From NCBI RefSeq assembly GCF_004010195.1, contig NC_057749.1, forward strand, positions 22,478,976-22,542,975: a stretch of DNA of 64,000 nucleotides, written 5' to 3'. The position numbers and the translations under genes were made by a program. Shown here piece by piece: positions 1 through 11,519 of this stretch. A model generated the notes under the pieces. It had not been told where the DNA came from. It did not search any database and saw nothing but the letters and a program-made list of their open reading frames with translations. The stretch comes from Chiloscyllium plagiosum (lineage: Eukaryota). Position 1 is the first letter of the stretch. Each line of letters begins with the position of its first letter.

Positions 1-106
1 TGCTGGAGATCAGAGCTGAAAATGTGTTGCTGGAAAAGCGCAGCAGGTCAGGCAGCATCCAGGGAACAGGAGAATCGACGTTTCGGGCATAAGCCCTTCT
101 TCAGGA
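1..106 (-). mobile_element. Penelope-like element 3' terminus (family A), cut by the window edge
   Basis: Same GCTGGAAAAGC-CAGCAGGTCAGGCAGCATCC sequence that terminates the PLE ORF remnant at 47990-48910; carries a hammerhead motif. Confidence 0.8.
74..106 (-). ncRNA. Minimal type I hammerhead ribozyme motif (PLE family A)
   Basis: Minus strand reads CTGAAGA-A-GGGC-TTAT-GCCC-GAAA-CG-TC: CUGANGA core, 4-bp stem II, GAAA, palindromic ACGU stem III, GUC cleavage triplet. Confidence 0.75.
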
Positions 107-107
107 G

Positions 108-475
108 ACAAGGCAGCTAAGGGAGGATTTAGTAGAGACATACAAGGTGATAAGAGGATTAGTTAGGGTGGAAAGTGAGAGTCTTTTTCCTAGGATGATG
201 ATGTTGGCTTGTACAGGGGGCATAACTACAAATTGAAGGGTGATAGATTTAAGACAGAAGTCAGAGGCAGGTTCTTTACCCAGAGAGTGGTAAGGGTGTG
301 GAATGCCCTGCCTGCCAATGTAGTCAACTCAGCCACATTAGGGAGATTTAAACTGTCCTTGGATAAGCACATGGATGATGAGGGATAGTGTAGGGGGATG
401 GGCTTAGATTAGTTCACGGGTCGGCACAACATTGAGGGCCGAAGGGCCTGTTCTGCACTGTATTGTTCTATGTTC
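108..475 (+). mobile_element. CR1-clade LINE 3' fragment
   Basis: C-terminal ORF2 motif (FFTQRVVRVWNALP) followed by 3'UTR GGGCCGAAGGGCCTGTTCTG and a TTCTATG tail. Confidence 0.8.
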
Positions 476-756
476 TGCATAGCTGCCAAACAATGATGGG
501 TCTGGGAAAGGCAGGCACAGGATGTGGAAAGGAATATAATTTTCCCAATAACTTACAGTATCTGCTGGAATCGACACAATCAGCCCAGTACTCATCCCCA
601 TTCCACCACATCTTGGTCTAAACAAGACTGTGAACCAACGTCTGGTCAAAACTTAAAACAAAAGCACTGTCTGACAAGAATCAAATATGACAAATCTAAC
701 TGAGCTCTGGTCATTCCTAATTCTGTCAGCGAAATACAATATTCTATTGTATTTTT

Positions 757-1135
757 AGGGTGACACTGCTGTCTCACTGCTGCCTCACAGCACCAGGGAC
801 CAAGGTTCGATTCCAGCCTCGGGTGACTGTGCGGAGTTTGCACATTCTCCCCGTGTCTGCGTGGGTTTCCTTCGGGTGCTCCGGTTTCCTCCCACAGTCC
901 AAAGATACGCAGGTTAGGTGGTTCGGCCATGGGAAATTGCCCACAGAGTGCAGGGATGTATAGGTTAGGTGGGTTAGCCATAGGAAATGCAGGGCTACAG
1001 CGATAGAATTGAGCGTGGGGGCGGGGGTGGGGGGGGGGGGGGGGGGGAAAGAGTTGGGTGGGATGCTTTTTTGGAGGGTTAGTCTGGACTCGATGGGCCA
1101 GAAAGCCTGCTTCTGCAATGTAGGGATCCTATGAT
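757..1135 (+). mobile_element. HE1-type tRNA-derived V-SINE
   Basis: tRNA-like head with B box GGTTCGATTCC, V-domain GGAGTTTGCACATTCTCCCCGTGTCTGCGTGGG, CR1-like tail. Confidence 0.85.
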
Positions 1136-1311
1136 ATGGGCCATGTCAAGAAGTCACATGACACCAGGTCATAGTCCAACAGGTTTATCTAAAATCACAA
1201 GCTATTGGAGGGCTGCTCTTTCATCCCCTCTCTTCACAAAGGGTGGGGGGAGACTGCCAACGTAGCTTTGTCCATTGACTAGTAATATGGAAGTTCAAAT
1301 TCTATCACAGT

Positions 1312-1668
1312 AGGGTGGCTCAGTGGTTAGCACTGCTGCCTCACAGCTCCAGGGAGTTGGTTCAATTCCTGCCTTAGGCAATTGTCTGTGTGGAGTTTAC
1401 ACATTCTCCCCGTGTCTGTGTGGGTTTCCTCTGGGTGCTCCAGTTTCCTCCCACAGTCCAAAGATGCGCAGGTCAGGTGGGTTGGCCGTGCTAAATTGTC
1501 CATAGAGTCCAGGGACATGCAGGCTAGGGGGGTTAGCTGTAGGAAATGCAGGGTTACCGCGATAGTTGGGGGGGGTGGGGAGGCGGATGGCCTGGGTGGG
1601 ATGCTCTTTGGTGGGTCAGTGTGAACCCGATGGGCCAAATGGCCAAATTCCTCAATGTTGGGACCTGA
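1312..1668 (+). mobile_element. HE1-type V-SINE
   Basis: TGGCTCAGTGGTTAGC A box, GGTTCAATTCC B box, V-domain. Confidence 0.85.
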
Positions 1669-1675
1669 TGAGACA

Positions 1676-1878
1676 GCAAAAGGGAGGACTGCAGATGCTG
1701 GAAACCAGAGTCTAGATCAGAGTGGTGCTGGAAAAGCACAGCAGGTCAGGCAGCAACCGAGGAGCAAGAAAATCGACGTTTCGCTATTCCTGATGAAGGG
1801 CTTTTGCCTGAAACGTCGATTTTCCTGCTCCTCGGATACTGCCTGACCTGCTGAGCTTTTCCAGCACCGCTCTGATCT
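1676..1878. mobile_element. PLE family A fold-back (inverted pair of termini)
   Basis: Left arm TGCTGGAAAAGCACAGCAGGTCAGGCAGC is the reverse complement of the right arm; hammerhead at 1786-1821. Confidence 0.8.
1786..1821 (+). ncRNA. Minimal hammerhead ribozyme motif (family A)
   Basis: CTGATGA-A-GGGC-TTTT-GCCT-GAAA-CG-TC, with a G-U pair closing stem II. Confidence 0.65.
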
Positions 1879-1894
1879 GATGATATGGGCCAAG

Positions 1895-2045
1895 AGGTCA
1901 CATGACACCAGGTTATAGTCCAACAGGTTTATTTAAAATCACAAGCTACTGGAGCGCTCCGAAAGCTCATGATTTTAAATAAACCTGATGTCATGTGACT
2001 TCCAACATTATCTGCGCCAGTCTGACACTGGCACCTCCCCATCAT
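1895..2045. mobile_element. PLE family B degenerate fold-back
   Basis: ACACCAGGTTATAGTCCAACAGGTTTATT arm plus a partial inverse copy; a related fragment lies at 1148-1225. Confidence 0.65.
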
Positions 2046-2089
2046 GAGATGGGCAGTAGATATGGCACCAGACTGTGGTGAATGCAGAG

Positions 2090-2460
2090 AGCTCTGATTA
2101 CAAATAAAAACGATGAGTTCAAATTTGACTTTGTTTGGCCGACTGATAATATCAGCTAAATGAATTGACACTAACAGCTAATTATCATACTGATCTGCCC
2201 CAATAGGCCCATATGTTTTAATTAGTTAGTCACTGGCTGTTTAATTAGGGGAAAAGGCAGCTGTCAGCTGTCAAGCTGTTTCTTCCAAATGTGCATTTGC
2301 AGGGGAATAGCCCGTGACTGGCGGGGCCGCTTTATTCTTAATACAGCGGAGTGATTTATCATCCCTCGTCTTTAATGGCATGCCTCACTAAATCCTTCTG
2401 TTTGTATTAAATCCTGTGTTGATAGAGTAACAACAATATCAGAGCATTGCAGAGGCTTCC
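2090..2460. promoter_or_regulatory. Candidate conserved non-coding enhancer
   Basis: Repeat-free island with TGATTTAT (2352-2359), two CTGTCA (2261, 2268) and several TAATTA/TAAT motifs. Confidence 0.35.
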
Positions 2461-3042
2461 TCACTGAGACGGTAATGAACAGTGAAGCATTGGTGAGGTG
2501 AAGAATGAGGAAGCTGTTTTCAATCGCTCAGAGTTTGTTCCCCTGGCCTGCCGATCACAGCCACCCAGCAGATGCACTTCTGACAACCCTGCCTCTTGAG
2601 TTTTCTTTCTTATTTTCCTATCTTACTCTACATAACACATATACATAGTGTAAGGCACTCTCTCCTCACCTGTTGTTAAAATGGGGATGAAGGAGCAGCA
2701 CTCCAATAGCTTATGATTTTAAATAAGCCTGTTGGACTATCGCCTGGTATCATGTGACTTTTGACTTGAGCCATATCATCGGATCTCTACAGAAGCAGGC
2801 CATTCAGCCCATCGAGTCCACACTGACCCTCCAAACAGCATCCTACCCAGACTCACTACCTTCCCCACCCTATCGCTGTAACCTTGCATTTCCCATGGAT
2901 AATCCACCGAGCTTACATATCTTTTTCTCTCTGTTTTTTTGAACCGAGGTTCTTTGTACCTAAGGTAGTGCTGTGTGTTGGGATATTGCACACTTTTCCT
3001 GTGCTCCTGATCTTCTGTACACTCGAGTACACGTGACAATAA

Positions 3043-3471
3043 GGCGAAAGTGGGTACTGCAGATGCTGGAGATTAGAGTCAAGATTAGAGTGGTGCTGGA
3101 AAAGCACAGCAGGTCAGGCAGCATCCGAGGAGCAGGAAAACTGACGTTGTGGGCAGGAGCCTCTCATCAGGAATGAGGCTGGGAGCCTTCAGGGTAGTGA
3201 GATAAAAGGGGAGGGGGGTGTGGGGCTGCGGAGAAGGTAGCTGAGAGTGCAATAGGTGGATGGAGGTGGGGGTAAAGGTGATAGGTTGGAGAGGAAGGTG
3301 GAGGGGATAGCTGGGAAGGAAGATTGGCAGGTAGGACAGATCATGAGGAGCTCCACCCCGGAAGTTCCCAGCCTCATTCCTGATGAAGGGCTCCTGCCCG
3401 AAACATCGATTTTCCTGCTCCAAGGATGCTGCCTGACCTGCTGTGCTTTTCCAGTTACCACTCTGATCTAT
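3043..3471. mobile_element. PLE family A fold-back with TSD
   Basis: Inverted termini; 12-bp TSD ACGTGACAATAA at 3031-3042 and 3472-3483; inserted in a Rex1-type tail. Confidence 0.8.
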
Positions 3472-3654
3472 ACGTGACAATAAACCTAATTCTCATTCGC
3501 CTCTCCTTCCCCAATTTCACCTAATGGCTTGCAGTCCTCAAGCTATTGTCTGTACCGAATTTAAATTTGCTTTTTCCACTTGTTTGATTTTATCGAGTCA
3601 GTTGTCAGCTTTCAGGTAGTATTCTCGCCCTAGGGAGAGCTGAACACAAGTTGA

Positions 3655-3855
3655 CAGCAGCACTGAGGAAATGCAACACTGTCAGAGGTAGCAAGGCGTC
3701 GTCACTGTAAGAAGAAGGTGGGAATTCTCTCTGGTATTCTGGACAAAACCTGACCCTCAATCAGCACCATTGCAATCAGGTAACTGCTGTGGATCTTGCT
3801 GTGTGTAAATTGAATGCCGTGTTTCCAATGTTACAACAGTCACTATATTCTAAGA
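3655..3855 (+). mobile_element. Degenerate DeuSINE (SacSINE1-like) remnant
   Basis: CACTGAGGAAATGCAACACTGTCAGAGGT and GGATCTTGCTGTGTGTAAATTG resemble the recalled family sequence; similar remnants at about 16545-16810, 30880-31070 and 58335-58540. Confidence 0.45.
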
Positions 3856-3864
3856 GGATTTACC

Positions 3865-4208
3865 ATTGAATCCCTACAGTGCGGAAGCAGGCCTTTTGGC
3901 CCATCGAATCCACACCAACCCTCCGAAGAGTATCCCACCAGGATCCATGCCCTTCTGACTAGTAACCCTGCATTTCCCCCTGACTAATCCACCTAACCTA
4001 CACCTCCCTGAACACTATGGACAAGTTAGTATGGACAATCCACCTGACCTGCATCTTTGGACTGTGGGAAGAGACCGGAGCATCCGGAGGAAACCCACGC
4101 TGACACGGGGGAGAATGTGCAAACTCCACACAGAGAGTCACCCTGAGGCTGGGATCGAACCAGGGTCCCGAGCGCTGTGAGGCAGCAGTGCTAACCACCG
4201 AGCCACCT
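3865..4208 (-). mobile_element. HE1-type V-SINE
   Basis: Reverse complement of head, V-domain and tail. Confidence 0.85.
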
Positions 4209-4499
4209 GACTTCATTGGTCATTATGCGTTTTGGAATGTGGTGAAAAGAGTGGGGCATAACACCGAAGGTTCCCTTCTTTGATTCAGTGCCTCCTGAAC
4301 CTTTTCCCACAGTGATCCCCACCTCAAGTTTTGAAAACTGTCGTGACCAATCATTGTCCGACTGGATTGTTTGAGGGAGAAACGGGATCCTTTTAGAGTG
4401 AGAGCACAGCTGATCTCACTCAGTTGTAGACCCTGTGACTGCATCAGAGCTTGGCACTGATCGCACAAACGCAGAAGAAATAATTCTGACAACCCAGGT

Positions 4500-4760
4500 A
4501 TCCCGAACCAGGGGTCACAGTCTACAGGTTACATTTTAGACTGAGACGAGGAGAAATTTCTTCATCCTGAATTTCTGTGGCATTCTCTGCCAGGGAAAAT
4601 CAGAAGAAGACAGATATAATTCTTCGGGCAAAGGGATCAAAGGGTATAGGTGAAAAAGTGGAAACAGGGGAGTGAACTGGATAATCAGCCATGATCGTAC
4701 TGAATGGTGGAGCAGGCTCAAAGGGCCAAATGGCCTAACTCCTGCTCCTTTTCTCTACCT
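4500..4760 (+). mobile_element. CR1-clade LINE 3' fragment (deleted)
   Basis: AGACTGAGACGAGGAGAAATTTCTTCA ... GGATAATCAGCCATGATC ... GGGCCAAATGGCC tail. Confidence 0.65.
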
Positions 4761-4792
4761 AAAGTTTTAGCTCGTGATCCTTAGCCCCAGCT

Positions 4793-5525
4793 TTGATTGA
4801 TTGATTTATTTATTGTCATGTGTACCGAAGTACAGTGAACAGTTTAGTTTACAAGCAGCACACACTGATCACAGTAAGCAAGGACATACAGACCAAAAGA
4901 CTTCGACAGAAGCATACAGGTTACATTGCACAGGGCATCCAAGAGCAATCAACGTTAGCAAGGTCAGCATTATTTGAGGTTAGAGTCCATTCACCAGTCT
5001 AATAACAGCCAGGAAGAAGCTGTTCCTGACCCTGTAGGGGTGTGTGCGTTTAAGCTTCTGTACCTAGTGCCTGACCGAAGAGATTGTAGGAGATCATTAT
5101 CGGGGAGCGATGGGTGTTTGATGATGTTGGTAGCCTTTCCACGCCAGCGAGTTGTGTAAATGGAGTCCATGGATGGGAGGTTGGCTTCTGTGATGGTCTG
5201 GGCTGTGCACACCACCTTCTGGAGTTTCTTACAGTCCTAGGCAGAGCAGTTGCTGTACCAGGCCGTTATGTACCCGGACAGTATGCTCTCAACGGTGCAT
5301 TTGTAGAAGTTGGTCAGGGTCCTTACGGACATGCTGAATTTCCTGAGCCGCCTGAGGAAGAAGAGGTATTGTTTTACCTTCTTGACCATCGCATCTACGT
5401 GGGGTGTCCAGGACAGGTTGTCGGTTATTGTCACTGAGGAACTTGACGCTCTCCACCCTCTCAACCTCAGTTCCGTTGATGTAGATGAGGGTGTGTTCTC
5501 CTTTTTTCTTATTAAAGTCAAAGAC
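4793..5525 (-). mobile_element. Rex1/Babar-type LINE 3' fragment
   Basis: ORF 5237..5521 gives DNLSWTPHVDAMVKKVKQYLFFLRRLRKF...FYKCTVESILSGYITAWY (Rex1 RT C-terminus); GTGACAATAAA-type end with (ATCA)n tail. Confidence 0.8.
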
Positions 5526-6349
5526 TAGTTCTTTAGTTTTGCCAATGTTGACAGAGAGAGCTGTGGTTGGGTCTGTCCCTGTGACAATATTGACAGATAA
5601 AGCTGCATGAACAGTGATCTCCCAAAGCCAGTGCTGATTGGGTGCTCAGTGTATGCAGCAGGTCCACACAGCTCCCCCTCAGCACACAACAGATCCAGGA
5701 CACGCCAAGGAGTGAGGGACACTGGGTACAGTCTGGGCTTGGGGACACTGTTAAAATGGCAGGCCCAAACAATTTTAGGAGGTTTCAAAAGAGAGATGGA
5801 TATATATTTGAAACTGGTGAAGTTAGAGGGCCACTGAGGTTGAGTTGGAGAGTTGAGCTAGCTGGGTAGCTCTTTCAGGAGCTGGTGCAGACATGCTGGG
5901 TCAAATGGCCTCCTTCAGTAATGTAAAATTCCATGATACTAACTTGTATCTATATCATACCTTTAGTGTAATAGTCACTAAGATGCACCAAAGAGCAGCC
6001 AAGTAAATTTAACACCAAACCACACAAAGATGGAAGTGCTGATGTTTGGTCAAACAGGTAGGTTTTAAGGAGTCCACAGTCATATTCATAGACTGTTTGC
6101 ACCGTGGTGGGGGAGAAACAGGGACTTTAGTCCTGAGTGCCACACATTAAGGATGACGTAAAGGCAATAGCAAGGCTACAGAAAAGATTCACGCAAGTGG
6201 TCCTAGGGAAGTGGAACCTCAGCTGTGAGGGTTGATTCAGAATCCCAGACTGATCTCCTCAGGGAGAAGAGAATTAAGAAGAAGTAATTTGATGGAAGAT
6301 TTTGAAATCAAGAGATCTGGGCCGACTGTATATCGCCATTCCTTCATTG

Positions 6350-6712
6350 TCATAGAGTCCTTCGACTGGGACAATCTATCCATCTTAGGACAAGCCAAAC
6401 AGAGACATGCATGAGAAATCCTAGAAGCATGGCATTCCAACTGGAACTCTATCAACAAACACAGGGAGTTAGACCCCATCTACCACCCCCTGAGAGAAAG
6501 ACGGGAAATGACATCACCCAGGAAATGACATCACCACAGGAAATGACATCACCAACCCAAACATATCAATTGAAAGCAGGAATCATGTACACTGCTTCGC
6601 CTGAGGCCCAATGAAGATGTTATCTAGTAGGGTGACGAAATGTCTTCAGCTTAGCGAGCAAACCTACATCCAGAACTCAACCTGAGCTACAAATCTACTC
6701 AAAACTCGCTAA
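6350..6712 (+). mobile_element. PLE family C 3' fragment (GIY-YIG endonuclease C-terminus plus terminus)
   Basis: Reads FDWDNLSILGQAKQRHA*EILEAWHSNWNSINKHRELDPIY; three GGAAATGACATCACC repeats; degenerate hammerhead at about 6611-6646. Confidence 0.75.
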
Positions 6713-7310
6713 GACCAAAATGTCTGTCCACACTAACCCCATTTCTCTGCACTTGGCCCCATATCCTTCTAATACTTTCCTATCCATATATTTGTCCAAA
6801 TGTCCTTTAAATGTTGTTAATGCACCCGCCTCAACCACTTCTGCCGGCAGCTCATTCCATATGCGTACCATCCTATGTGTCAAAAGGTTTCCCCTCAGGT
6901 TCCCTTTATTCTTTCCCCTCAAACCTTAAACTGATGCCCTCTAGTCCTTGATTCCCCAACCCTGGGAAAAAGACTGAGTGCATTCACCCTATCCATGCCT
7001 CTCATGATCTTATCCACTTCTATAAGATCCCACCTCAGTCTCCTATGCTCGAAAGAAAAAATGTCCTACCTTGTCCAACTTCACCTTATAACTCAGACCA
7101 CTCAGTCCTGGCAACATCCTTATAAATTTCTTCTGTACTCTCTCCAGTTTAATAACATCCTTCCTATAGCAAGGTGACCAAAACTGAACACAATACTCCA
7201 AGTGTGGCCTCACCAACGTCCTGCACAACTGCAGCGTAACTTCTCAACTTCGATACTCAATGCCCGACTGTGACTCCACGTTCTGAGAACCATGCACCTG
7301 AACTCCAAGG
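6712..7310 (-). mobile_element. CR1-clade LINE 3' fragment
   Basis: ORF 7043..7228 reads RTLVRPHLEYCVQFWSPCYRKDVIKLERVQKKF. Confidence 0.85.
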
Positions 7311-7684
7311 TCGCTGGGTCAAAATCCTGGCTTTCCCTCCCTCAGGGCATTGTGGGTCTGCCCACAGCAGGTGGACTGCAGCGGTTCAAGATGGCAGCTC
7401 ACTACCACCTTCTCAAGGGGCAACTAGGGACGGGCCATAGATAGTGATGCTCACATCCCAAAAATGAATCAAAAAACGTCGCCAGGGAGAAGGTGTTTCC
7501 AATGTCGGAAGGTTGGTGCATCAAAGAACAATGATTTACGGTATTAAACTCAAGAAGCAGTCTGTGGTTAGAATCTGGTAGTGAAGTGGAGGCCGTTTCA
7601 ATGGGAGCTTTAAAAAAAAATAAACTGGCTAATTATCTGAAACACAAAAAGAATTGCAAGGCTGAAGGGAAAATGGAATAGTAA

Positions 7685-8550
7685 TTTATTGGCACTTGTT
7701 TTCTTTACAAAATGTTTAAGTGTAAAGTGAAAAGTGTTTAAGTCGCCACACTCCAGTGCTGTTTTCATAACAACTTACACATATTTTTGAAAAAGGCAAC
7801 ATATAGACAAGGTCCATCTTATTTCAATTCCGAGCTTCAGGACACCGAAGCCGGAAATTCCGGACCATTGGAATCCTGGACATGGACCCACCATGATGCT
7901 GAAGATGGTGCAGCAGACGCTGTAAGAAATTCTGGGCCATTGGAATCCCGGACCTGGACCTCATCGTCACAGATGCAGCCCACACGTGGCAGGACCCCCC
8001 CCCGCCACCAGGAGATGGCCGTAATGGCCATGAGGAATGGCCGGATCCACACCGCATTCTCCACCACAGCCACCAAAAGCAGGTAAGATGAGTTTTGATG
8101 TTAGAAAATGATAATTTTTAAAAAGAAAGATGTGGCAGGCCTGGTGATAGAAACATAGAAGATAGGAGAAAACCATTCGGCCCTGCTCCACCATTCACCA
8201 CCATCATGGCTGATCATCTAACTCAATAGCCTAATCTTGCTTTCTCCCCATAACCTTTGACCCCATTTGCCCCAAGTGCTATCTCTAGCCGCCTCTTGAA
8301 TACATTCAGTGTTTTGGTATCAGCTACTTCCTGTGGTAATGAATCCCACAGGCTCACCACTCTCTGGGTGAAGAAATGTCTCCTCATCTCTGTCCTAAAG
8401 GGTTCACCCTCTATCCTCAGACTGTGACCCCTGGTTCTGGACTCACCCACCATCGGGAACATCCTCCCTGCACCTATCCTGTCTCATCCTGAACAGAAAC
8501 AGACGGTCCCAGAGCCTGAACACTTCCTACTTTGCCGCCGCCATCTTGGT
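7685..8550 (-). mobile_element. Non-autonomous element with Rex1-like tail, interrupted by a CR1 fragment at about 8148-8490
   Basis: Minus strand starts AAGATGGCGG and ends ACTTTTCACT...GTGCCAATAAA; internal direct repeat at 7850-7960. Confidence 0.45.
8148..8490 (-). mobile_element. CR1-clade LINE 3' fragment
   Basis: ORF 8223..8462 reads TRGHSLRIEGEPFRTEMRRHFFTQRVVSLWDSLP. Confidence 0.85.
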
Positions 8551-8847
8551 GAAAGAGTGGAACCAGCTGAGTTATTCTTCCTCAGAGCTAGAAGACCACA
8601 CGCCACCAGTTTACAGTCCAACAGGTTTCTTTAAAATCGCAAGCTTTCGAAGCGCTGCTCCTTCACCAGGTGAAGTCTATACCTTGGAGCTGACAGATGT
8701 GATGGATCGATTGGCCTCATTCTGAGCTGTAACATCCTGTGATGGTCAGTGGGTTCTGATACCTGGCCACTATCTCCGTTTTTCTCCTTCTATTTGTATG
8801 GTGCACAGTTCATCATTTTACATCAATGAGCCTCAAAATCTTTTTTA

Positions 8848-9167
8848 GGTTAGATTAGATTCCCCTACAGTGTGGAAACAGGCCCTTTGGCCCAACAAGT
8901 CCACACCAATGCTCCGAAGAGCAACCCACCCAGACCCATTTCCTTCTGACTGATGCGCCTAACACTATGGGCAATTTAGCGTGGCCAATCCACCCTAACC
9001 TGCACATCTTTTGGAGTGTGGGAAGAAACCCAGAGCACCCAGAGGAAACCCACACAGACACGGGGAAAATGTGCAAACTCCACACACAGTCACCAAGGGT
9101 GGATTTGAACCTGGGTCTCTAGTGCTGTGAGGCAGCAGTGCTAACCACTGAGCCATTGTGCCGCCCC
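8848..9167 (-). mobile_element. HE1-type V-SINE, near full length
   Basis: Head, V-domain and (TCTAA)n tail on the minus strand. Confidence 0.9.
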
Positions 9168-9169
9168 AC

Positions 9170-9437
9170 AGGAAGGGGAAAAATTTAGGAAGGACCTGAG
9201 GGGCAACCTCTTCATACAGAGAGTGGTGCATATATGGAATGGGCTACCAGAGGAAGTTGAGGCAGGTACAATAGCAACATTTAAAAAACATTTAGCCAGG
9301 TACATGGATGGGAAGGGTTTCAAGGGATATGGACCAAATGCAGGTAATTGGACTAGCTGTGTGGGCGCCATGGTCAGCGTGCACCAGTGTGGGCCGAAGG
9401 GCCTATTTCCATGCTGTATAACTCTACAACTCTATAA
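9170..9437 (+). mobile_element. CR1-clade LINE 3' fragment
   Basis: RVVHIWNGLPEEVEAGTIATFKKHL plus 3'UTR and ACTCTAT tail. Confidence 0.85.
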
Positions 9438-10154
9438 CTGATCACCAGTTCGGTCATTTCCTTCCTTTGAAAAAGAAATTGTTCTTTTGTGGAATTTAGG
9501 TGTCACTCTCAAGTCAGCCTCTGTTGCTTTTCTCTAATTGGCCCGAACTGAGTAACTGCCAAGACCATAGCAGAGGGCAACTCCACTTCATGCAGAATTG
9601 GCTCCAATTTACCTCAGGGACTGGTTCAGAGCTTGAAGCTCATTCGTTCCAGCCAGGAAAAGATGGGCAATTCCCAATAGCAGTGCCATTGCCTCAACTT
9701 TCATTTTGGAAGCTCAGACAGAAGTTATGAGATCCATGCTTGTTGCCATGGAAGCCCTTGAATGTTTCGTAGCTGCAAATCTCAGCTAGATCTCACACAG
9801 CACGCCCAATAATGCGCACTCCAGCAGGCCATGGGGGTTGCTCTGGGCTTGCAGGGCCCCCATCCGACTTCAGCACGTCCCTATTCCACTGCATGTTGCT
9901 TTCGCTGGTCAGACAGCCACTACAGATCACTGCTTTCCCCTGACAGGGACAGTGCAGTCCCAATGCCAGGCCCTCAAAGCTGCTCGAGGGAGCCCTCCAA
10001 GGGTCATCTGGCCCAGCCTCTGCCAGTGAAAAGCAGCAGCCTACCACCATCCACTGGGATGGCACATTGTCAGAGACGATTTGGCAGAGGCCCCCAGAAA
10101 ACCAGCACTGAGGCGGATGTAGAAGGGCGAGTACAATTTTCTCTGCATATCACA

Positions 10155-10605
10155 GCTTAGTACGGCCAATGCTCTGACCAGGATCATAAGAATGTGCAGA
10201 GAGTTGTGAACACAGCCCAGTCCATCACAGAAGCCAACCTTCCATCCAGTGACTCCATCTACACTTCCCACAGCCATCATCATCAAGACCCCTCCCACCC
10301 CGGTTATAATCTCTTCCAACCTTATTCTGTCAGGCAGGAGATACAAAAGCTTAAACACATGGACCAACAGATTCAAGAACAGCTTCTTCCTGCTGTTTTC
10401 AGACTTCTGATTAGACCTCTCAAATTTCCCATTTAATGCTGATCTCACTCTGTGCACCTTCTCTGAGCTGTAACATTGTATTCCTCACCCTGTTCTATTG
10501 CCCTGATGCACTTTGTATGGGACAATCTGTCTGTACTGCACACAAAACAAAACTTTTCACTGTACCTGGGTACATGTGACAAAAATAAATCAAATCAAAT
10601 CAAAT
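10155..10605 (+). mobile_element. Rex1/Babar-type LINE 3' fragment
   Basis: QRVVNTAQSITEANLPS motif; ACTTTTCACTGTACCTGGGTACATGTGAC end with (AATCA)n tail. Confidence 0.8.
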
Positions 10606-11014
10606 TGAAAACAATGTTATTGTATGGTTTTATTTGCTAACGTTTGGTATTTCAGGATTTGTCCAAATGGATGCTGTGATAATCCATATCAGCTGGGTTC
10701 AAAGGTGGGTCAATAGTAACGAGGGAAGTCGAGTCTCAGTGGAGGTTCAGGGACAGCCCGTGTCGAGTGAGTGGGCTCTGGGTGCCTCCTCCTCAGTGAG
10801 CTGGCATGTTAGCAGGGGCTGTGGCAGCGAGGGTGAAACGGACCCGTTCTGCTCGTTTCTGGAGAGTCTCACTGAAGGTACCTTCTACCTTGTCCTCGAT
10901 GGATGCGAGACTCTCAGCATTGGTGCACAGTTCTCACCACACTGAAGGGATTCAAGAGCCAGATGCGAAACAGGTCATCGATCAGCCCTCTGTAGACCAG
11001 AGCTCACTATCAAA

Positions 11015-11470
11015 TTCAGGACTGAGATGTGGAGAAACTGCTTCACCCAGACAGTGGTGAGACTGTGGAATACTCTGCCACAGAAAGCAGTCAAGGCTAA
11101 AACCCTGTATTGGAAGGAGTTGGATGTAGCCCTTAGGGCTAAAGGGATCAAAGGATGTGCAAGAAAATTGTGTACAGTTCGCTCATCTAGAACACCATGG
11201 TTCCGTTCCTGTGCAACCCTGGGTTATAGAAAAATCGTGCTTTAGAAACAGCGCTTAAAGTGTTGGCGATGTACTCGCGTTACCGCCAACGCACGTTTTA
11301 AAAGTTCGCACTTTAGAAACAATGTCCCCAATTCGTCAATTGCTTCCTAGCGAATTTGCGTTAACAAAACGTGCGTTATAGCAGCACGACCGATACACGT
11401 TATTGAGTCGGATGATCAGCCATTAGCGGGCGGAGGGAGCTCAAAGGGCCAAGTGGCCTACTCCTATTTT
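11015..11470 (+). mobile_element. CR1-clade LINE 3' fragment interrupted by a MITE
   Basis: FTQTVVRLWNTLPQK; the 3'UTR resumes at about 11400. Confidence 0.7.
11175..11393. mobile_element. Tc1/mariner (Tigger-like) non-autonomous DNA transposon
   Basis: Imperfect TIRs CAGTTCGCTCATCTAGAAC / GTTATAGCAGCACGACCG with TA at both ends; CpG-rich; splits a CR1 fragment. Confidence 0.5.
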
Positions 11471-11519
11471 CAGCATTTCCAGTGGCTTAAAGATGGTTGA
11501 CTGTCTCAGGATGGTCACA

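Noticed and set aside
5660..5685. CTCF-like motif (TGCTGAGGGGGAGCTG on the minus strand)
   Set aside because: Partial match only; not distinguishable from chance without a matrix scan.
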